A DNA stretch of 64,000 nucleotides, from NCBI GenBank assembly GCA_963662545.2, contig CAXXLL010000003.1, positions 2,656,001-2,720,000 on the forward strand, read 5' to 3'. Every line of letters begins with the position of its first letter. Position 1 is the stretch's first letter. Source of the stretch: Gammaproteobacteria bacterium (GTDB taxonomy: Bacteria > Pseudomonadota > Gammaproteobacteria > Ga0077536). This document shows, piece by piece, positions 63,371 to 64,000 of the stretch. The notes below the pieces were generated by a model that ran no database searches, was not told where the DNA came from, and was given only the letters and a program-made list of their open reading frames with translations. A program made the translations under genes and the position numbers.

Positions 63371-63964
63371 TTATCTTCTTGCAGGGCCAGGACGCTTACT
63401 AAACGGTCCGGCGACAACTATCCTGCCTTGCTCGACCCGTATCGGCAGCATCGGTAACTTGCGGGTAGCCGGGCCGCCGCCAACTTTACCGAACTTATAG
63501 GGATTGAAGCGTGACAAATGACACTCGCACAATAACTGTTTCTGTTGTTCCAGCCAGGCGGAGACATCGCAGGCTTCGTGGGTGCAAATTGCTGAATACA
63601 CAGCGATGCCCTCGGCCGCGTGAGGCGCAGTGCGATGATCCAACGCGGCAGTCTGCAGACGCATGATTAACACTTTATTGAATCTCGACCGCGAGCGGAT
63701 CAGCCCGCTGCCTGGATCTTGCGGAAAGGCAACGACGGGACTGGACTCCAATTCGACTGCATCGGCGGTGATCGGCAATCCCTCGTCCGGACCAAGGCCA
63801 TGCACGAGGATATCGCCCGTCTGCGGACGCCATCTTGCCGGATCTGCTTTGCTAGGCGCCGCGGTACCGGGCTGTGCTACACCCACACCGGCAGCTATCG
63901 CGGCCATGCGCCAGAGCAGTGCGCGGCGCTTCAACGAAACGCGATTCTCCAAGAACCCCTCCAA
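63371..63964 (-). CDS. Tat-exported Rieske [2Fe-2S] protein (QcrA/AioB-like)
   Basis: KRRALL twin-Arg, SAICTHEAC, CECHLSRF, GGPATRKLP. Confidence 0.88.
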   Translation of the reverse strand: MEGFLENRVSLKRRALLWRMAAIAAGVGVAQPGTAAPSKADPARWRPQTGDILVHGLGPDEGLPITADAVELESSPVVAFPQDPGSGLIRSRSRFNKVLIMRLQTAALDHRTAPHAAEGIAVYSAICTHEACDVSAWLEQQKQLLCECHLSRFNPYKFGKVGGGPATRKLPMLPIRVEQGRIVVAGPFSKRPGPARR

Positions 63965-64000
63965 TCGAATTGCAGGTAAGGTATTTTGCTAGCGGCGAGA

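Noticed and set aside
8334-63964. Integron cassette array
   Set aside because: No integrase, mixed orientations and no recurring attC-like sites seen

Overview
This GC-rich proteobacterial-like window (probably Gammaproteobacteria; inferred) is an accessory region with no core genes, rRNA, tRNA or CRISPR array that I could see. Insertion sequences are dense: two IS21 copies, two IS10-group IS4 copies, two ISNCY copies, two orphan IS4 ends, and three decayed IS91/ISCR-like rolling-circle elements, two of which keep oriIS. Between them lie one- or two-gene catabolic or periplasmic modules (GcvT-family dehydrogenase, hydantoinase A/B, DMFase-like amidohydrolase, Rieske oxygenase, PLP enzymes, PQQ dehydrogenase + Rieske protein) and many directly abutting gene fragments (S8 protease, histidine kinase, MetE-like, RHS, soxB, surE, P450, XDH, PEP-CTERM, MFS, Nramp). 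Three signals stand out. (i) A duplicated block of gene fragments ends in an ISCR remnant, suggesting Helitron-like fragment capture. (ii) Two different tiny (47 and 72 bp) hairpin elements without target duplications sit in the ISCR transposase; one is visible as both filled and empty alleles, and both carry CsrA/RsmA-type GGA-loop hairpins. (iii) A PQQ dehydrogenase with a D-x-D motif and no vicinal disulfide is paired with a Tat-exported Rieske protein. All family calls come from motif recognition by eye; no database searches were run.
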